DNA of 64,000 bases from the human T2T-CHM13v2.0 reference genome, Homo sapiens. This document shows positions 57,673 through 64,000 of the stretch, one piece after another. The stretch lies in assembly GCF_009914755.1 (NCBI RefSeq), contig NC_060929.1. The stretch is one strand, 5' to 3'. The translations under genes and the position numbers were made by a program. A model generated the notes under the pieces. It was given only the letters and a program-made list of their open reading frames with translations. It was not told the origin of the DNA and did no database searches. How positions within the stretch are numbered: the stretch's first letter is position 1; the number at the start of each line of letters is the position of its first letter.

Positions 57673-60340
57673 ATCTGTTGGGGTGGGTGGGAGGAGAAGG
57701 TCTTATATATGGTTGAACTATCCACATTATCTTCTGTTCAATGGGGACCTAAAGATTTCCTGCACTTGTTAACTAAAAAATATTTTCTGGAAGCTATAGC
57801 TCAGTCCATCATTCTGTAAACTTGTAAAGAATCTTTGTCATGCATAAGCCCAGATGGAATAAATCTGCTAAGTGAATGCTTACACAAAACAGAACATTTT
57901 GAAAAACACATTTATAAATAGTCTGTGCAATTTTAGTAAATAAATGAATTGATGTGTCTACATTCTATGCATACATTTCAATCCAGGGAAGCATTTCCAT
58001 AGTTAAGTCTCCAATAATGAAAACTACATATTAAGTGCAGGCCATGGATGTACATTCGTGGACTCACACTGAACAGAAAATTAAGCTATTAATATTACCT
58101 TGAAGATAATGAGACATTTAATGTCCTCATAATTGTAGCCACGTTAAAAACTAAAATAGAGAACTTCTCCTGCGACTCCCTGGAAACTTGATTTGATGCA
58201 GACTAAAATGAGGATATATCTGGGCAATTCCTTACTCATGAATAAACAAATGTGTGTTGTCCCTTCTATCTGCAGACACCTTCATCAATACCTTTTTAAC
58301 ACCGTGCCTTCTTAATTGCTTACCTACAGAGCTAAGCTTTCACCTAGGCCAAGTCTTCTCTGGAATAGAAGGGTTAAAATTTGTGTTATAAGGTTTGGGT
58401 GATTTAATCATTAATAGTCATTCTATTAGTTACCAAAATTATTAATCATTAAAGGTGAGGAATTGATGATAGAAAAGTTGATTGGGGTGTTGGGCCATTA
58501 AGTGTATAACCAAGGTTTCACATAGCCTTGGGACAAATATATTAGAAAAATGTCAGTTCTCAAATTTGTTAACTTGAAGCTACCACTTTTTACGACACAG
58601 AACCTCAGTTCTCTTCTGTCCAAAATCATATCTCTCTAGGTATTTTAAGAGTCTCCCACATCCTCACATGCAGACATAAACAGCCTTCTCATGATCTTAT
58701 TGATTTGTCACCTTAGAATGAATTCTTACAGAGAATCCCAGAACTAGATCCCAGTACGTCTCATAATTTGTATATAAAAAATAATGGTTCAATGTTATTA
58801 TGCTTTGCAAGAAATGGGCTGAGCACCAAAGAGGGTTTATGAAAGAGTTGGACAAGGAGGGGCACAGGCAGCAGAGATGTGCACTCCCCAGAACAGCTCC
58901 CTTAGAATGAAAACTCCGTGCTAGGGTGTCATTTCCAGGAGGATAGTGATTTGTGTGTGTTTGGTTTACTCCTCTTTTTCCATGTAAGAAGAATGCTTGG
59001 CACATGATAGGCCCTCAATAAATATTTGTTGAACAAATGAATAATAATGTTCATTTTGGTTAAAATGAACGAAAATTCTGAGCATGCAACCTTGCCCAAG
59101 CTCCTGGGTCATCCCAATTTGTGGTTGAAATGGAAAGACAATAGCAAAGATTTTCTTTATTTAATGTATTTTGTCAGGGGAAATCTTAGACACTCAGAAA
59201 TATATCCTTGTTTAGGCATAGGAGAATTTGTACTACCCTTTGCTTGTGAATCATCTTGTTAACATTTCTAAGTAGTTACCAGAATTCTTAAAAGAACTAC
59301 CATAGTAAAGATAATATGTTTCATTAGGGGAATTGCTGAAAGTGCAAAAGGTGTCATAATTTGTTGATAATAGCTATTCTTGGTATGGTTTGTGAGATGA
59401 GTATAGAATTTACCTGTGTGCTTTATGGTTTCAATCAGCATTAACTCTGAAAATATAAAAAATTATTCCCGAATTTAGAATAAATGCTGCACTTTTTAAA
59501 GGAGGACCTTGTTTGAGTGAGTGAATCTGACCTAATATGTGGAAAAATAAAATTGTACCCATTATACATTTTCAAAGCCTTCTATAATGGTGTGTTTTAA
59601 ATTATGTAGGGTAAAAGACCAGTCTTTTAAAAAAATCTCTAATCTATTACAGAATAATACCTTATAATGGAAATAAATTTTTAGGAAAAAAATTATGTGC
59701 TTTTATGTCATATTAATGTCAAATCATCATAAAAGTTTTCTAAACTTCACCCTCAATTTCTGTACTTATGAGCTGACTTATTCTGTACCTATTATGGGGA
59801 CTGTCCTCCCGTCCCAGGTGTAAATCCTGAATTCCCAGCATGACTTTGGAAGGATAAACAGGCTCAGCTGACTTTCAGATGTACACTCTACCCGCCCAGT
59901 GGATTTCCAGGAGTTTGTTCCTCTCTACCCTTCTGCTCAAATATGGACAGAAGCTTTTTCTCTTATTTCCATTAACCCAGCTTAGGCAGGCTGGAGCTTC
60001 AAAACAACCAGTGAAGAAATGACAAATATGCAGAATGTGTAAGCAATATAGACAGTTTGACATGCATAGTACATGATTCTGAGTCTACTAGTACAGAGGG
60101 CTGTGCTTTGCATCCTTTCTGGAGATGCAAGCACCCACAGTTCTTAGGAGACCTCCTCACATCCTGGCCTGGCTCCCTGTGGTTGCCGCTATCCTAATGC
60201 CTGCCTCTTGGACATAGTCTTATAAACATATTGGTGTAAACATTGCCTTGTAAGCATATTGATCTTAATGAAAAGAAACTTCATTGTTATCTTATTATAA
60301 AAGCAGCATTTGCTTATTGTGTTACACTTAAAATAGATTG

Positions 60341-60647
60341 GGCCAGGCACGGTGACTCATGCCTATAATCTCAGCATTTGGGGAGGTTGAGGTGGGTGGT
60401 TTACTTGAGCTCAGGAGTTTGAGATCAACCTGGGCAACATGGCAAAACCCCATCTCTACAAAACATCAAAAATTAGCTGGGCGTGGTGGCTCGCACCTGT
60501 ACTCCCAGCTACTCAAGAGGCTGGAGTGGGAGGATGGCTTGAGCTGTGGAGGTTGAGGCTGTAGTGAGCTGTGATTGCAACATTGAACTTCAACCTGGCA
60601 ACAGAATGAGACTATGTCAAAAAAAAGAAAGAAAGAAAGAAAGAAAG
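60341..60647 (+). mobile_element. Alu (AluJ-type) with (AAAG)n tail
   Basis: GGCCAGGCACGGTGACTC..CTTGAGCTCAGGAGTTTGAG..GAGGTTGAGGCTGTAGTGAGC. Confidence 0.94.
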
Positions 60648-62874
60648 ATTAAATTATGAGGAAAAAAGTTAAATTCCCATAATCTCACCATTCGTTTACT
60701 TTACACATGAACATGTTTTTAGAAACATTGAATATTACTGTTTGGTGATCAGGTCTACTCCCTAAATTGCCAATTAGATAGCTTGACTTTTCCTCCATCA
60801 ACAAGACCGAGAAAGACAAAGTAACCTCGACCTTTCTTGAGATCTCAATTCTTGTATCCCAAAGTGAAGAGCCCAAGACATCACTTTGTCCTGTGAAGCC
60901 TCCTGTCTTTTACCACAGAGGTATTGTCTTGTTATCACAGGCTTTAAAGCAGAGGATGCAAACACATTTAATGTAGCCCACATAAAGTTTAAGACAGTTG
61001 AATTTCAATTCTTTAGGTGGGTGTATGTACTGCCAGATTCACACCATTATTTTACCTAATTCCTGTAGGCATTTGAGATTAAGACCAACATCTTATAGAG
61101 TTAATGTAGTCTAAAATAACACAACAATCAGAGTCTTCTTATAATGGGAGTTACACAAATCTCTAATAGATTATTCTCTTCATATAAACCCATTATCTCA
61201 TAACATATTAAGGAGGAAATAAAACTAATGGCTCACTATTGAAGGAGAAGGCTACATATATATTACAGATATGGTTCAGATTTGAAAGCCAGGGAGTGGC
61301 CTGCCTGAATTCTTTATCAGTTGCCAAGAGAGAAATTAAAGCTTTTCATGTCCCATAGTTCTGTGTGAAAATACTAATGATATGTAGGAGTAATATATCA
61401 AGGCACTGATGTGTTCTCACATATTACTAAAGATTAATTGATTATTCAATGCATGTCATCCAGATTAATGAGGAGGGCTAGAGGAAATGGAATCCAAGAG
61501 GAAAGAAAGAAGAGAAATAAAGGTTCAGATTGCAGTGCACTGCCTGAAGTTACATACCAGCTGGGCTCCACAGTGAGGAACTTAAGGAGGGAGAATTAAT
61601 GAAAATGAAGTGATCAAGAATGCTGAACATAAATCTCATCTACTACACTGTTTTATTTGCACTCAGTTCGGCTTCCCAGGCTTCTCCAATTTGTTCCTCA
61701 GACACTCTGGTCAAATAAATCATTATTCCACCAGTAATGATAACTGTTCCAAAAAGCAAACTATCAGACACCACCCATTCAATCCTCTAGCTCTGAAATA
61801 TGCCAGAATATTCTTGGCCTGTGCTTGGATGAATAAATGGATGGGGAGAATTAAGCACTGCTGACTAGAAAATGATTTTTTAAATGTGGCCAAGGAGGCA
61901 TCATTTTCTTTTTTTTCAGGAGGTCATTCAAAGAAGACAGAAAGACAAGCAGATTATCTTTCTCCTAAAGGGACTGCAGAAGTGGCGTTTTATAAGAAGA
62001 GAGTCCGTTAATGCTATATAATATACAATGTATTTATTCTGGATATTAATTTAAAACATTAGGTATACACAACTGAGATATTTTCTGTCATAGTTTAAAG
62101 TTTATCTGGATTATAGTTTAAGAATGCTATGCAACATCTAAAGAATTTTTGGGTGAAACATGTTAAATTAATCATTTTGAATATTTCTTCTAAGTTAAAT
62201 ATGGTTATTTCATTTCCAAATTATAAATTAACAAGAATGTTTTTAGAGCTCTAATTTATGTAATTCTAGCTTGGTTTTCTTTGGAGTAAGCTTTCATGAA
62301 ATATATTCTCCACATATTAAATTATTATTCTATTATTCTCATATCACATTTGGTTTTTATACAGACTTCTAGAGTCTAAAGTGAACACAAATCAAGTTTC
62401 TGTAACCTGTAATTATCTTTGTGCAATTAAAACATTTTTAACATTAGTTTAAAAAACTCAAGTCAATCAAGCAACTACATTGTTTCAATTGAAAATAGGC
62501 AATAACAATCAAATTTGCTTTAAAAATCATCTCTACTCAGGGCTTATTTCCCTAATAGTTCATATTTTCTGAGTGTTTCCTTTTATTTTTATAGAAGTAA
62601 TACCTACATTACAAAACTACCTGTGTAACACTATGGAAGGCAATTTACAATGCACATTATAATGATGAAGCAGCTTGTTCACTGGTAGCAGTAATTCATA
62701 ATACATTATAGCTCATTACAGGAGAGGTTTAGCTTAATTCTTGATTCTTTATGTTAGGGAGGGCAATACAATTTGAAAAGAAGAAAGTTTTCCTCTGCAT
62801 TCCTCATGTTTACTTCTAAATATCATTTTAAGACACAGAATAAGTTTATCATTATGTATTGGAAATATTATATG

Positions 62875-63340
62875 TAGTGGAGGACTTATGAGAAAGAGGC
62901 TGCTATGTGCTCATTCAAACTTCCTCCAGAAAACACAGTTAGACTACATATCCCATTTATTTGACTGCATTTATTTGACTGCATTTATTTGACTCAGCAG
63001 TTTCTTTGCAGTTTGATGTTGCCGAGTAACTGAATACTATCTAATGCAATATGCACAAAATTGATGTGTTTCTCTTTCAGGCCTGGTCCACTGAAAATGT
63101 TTGCACCATTTCCAATTCTTATTCTCTACATTAGTTTGCTGGGCTTATGTAGAGAATCCAGGAGAGGATTCCCAGGCTTTAAGGAATACTGGAACCACAT
63201 GATGGGAAAAGTTATGGTTCCAAAATGATGCTAACCAGAAACTCAGAACCAAACTTGGTATGAGAGATGGACTCATATTGTGTACATCACCGAGACTTAA
63301 GGGCTTATTTGTATGGAAGCTAGTTTACTTACACTAACTG
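62875..63340 (+). mobile_element. MLT1-type MaLR LTR
   Basis: AGACTACATATCCC..TTGCAGTTTGATGT..CACCGAGACTTAAGGGCTTATTTGT..CACTAACTGA. Confidence 0.55.
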
Positions 63341-64000
63341 AGAACAAAGGGTTAGAATCGATGCACACTTTTCATATCTGGAGTTTTTTTTTTTAGTAAA
63401 TTCACATCAAACATAAGAAACCAGGTTTTTATACAAGGATGGACAATTCGGTCTTTCACTTTCCAAATGAGATTGTGTAAGCTGACAAACTTAGACAAGC
63501 ACAAAAATTATTTGTTAATAGTCAATGAAAATTTAAAAATATAGAAAGCATATACTAAATCTAAATATCAAGAATTATTCAAGAAAAGGAGAAACTCAGA
63601 AAAATAAGTTAAATCAACAGCAGTCAAAAAAAAAGTTATCCTATTTTATAGGAGGGTGTGTGCAAATGAATATTAGCCTAAATCTACCCTCTACATGAGG
63701 TTTATAGAAGGAGATGGAACAGCACTTTATAGAATGCCATTTGATTCTCAAAGGCTATCAGAGCAAAGCAAGAAAGACAAAGGTTATCTTTAGTATCCCC
63801 TAAAGATATCAAGACTTTTTCCCCTTAGAATATAAGTTCCAGATTTGATTTCTTTAAGAAGTGACAAGAACTTAGAGTTGTGAAGGAATCTGAATGCAGA
63901 ATTTTTCTACATTTTTGTTTTAATCTTTGACAATTTTATCACATTTGCCCAAATTGACAGTATCTTTTATAGTGACTTTAAAGTCTTTATTGAAAGCTTA

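Noticed and set aside
61900-61990. Strong polypyrimidine-CAG acceptor at ~61919
   Set aside because: No matching donor or coding signal; cannot be supported without transcript data
62954-62994. CRISPR-like array
   Set aside because: Head-to-tail 14-mers without spacers in a mammalian genome

Overview
Primate (human-like) AT-rich, repeat-dense non-coding DNA. I find no credible protein-coding exon, RNA gene, CpG island or CRISPR array. The long ORFs with recognisable homology are LINE-1 or Alu derived. Contents: about 15 Alu-family elements (13 on the minus strand), several old L1M/L1MA elements, one young 5'-truncated L1PA2-like insertion with a perfect 15-bp TSD nested in a near-full-length L1MA, and a 5'-inverted (twin-primed) L1MA. 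There are also solo LTRs (THE1, MER50, MER21, LTR33 x2, LTR16, MST/MLT1), an ERVL-type internal fragment, L2/MIR relics and a MADE1 hairpin. The most notable non-TE items are a ~455-bp TSD-flanked retrocopy of an mRNA 3' end (parent gene not identified) and a ~100-bp locally templated insertion. I see no evidence of a new multi-gene system. Repeat subfamily names come from recalled consensus features and need RepeatMasker/Dfam confirmation; boundaries of old elements are approximate.
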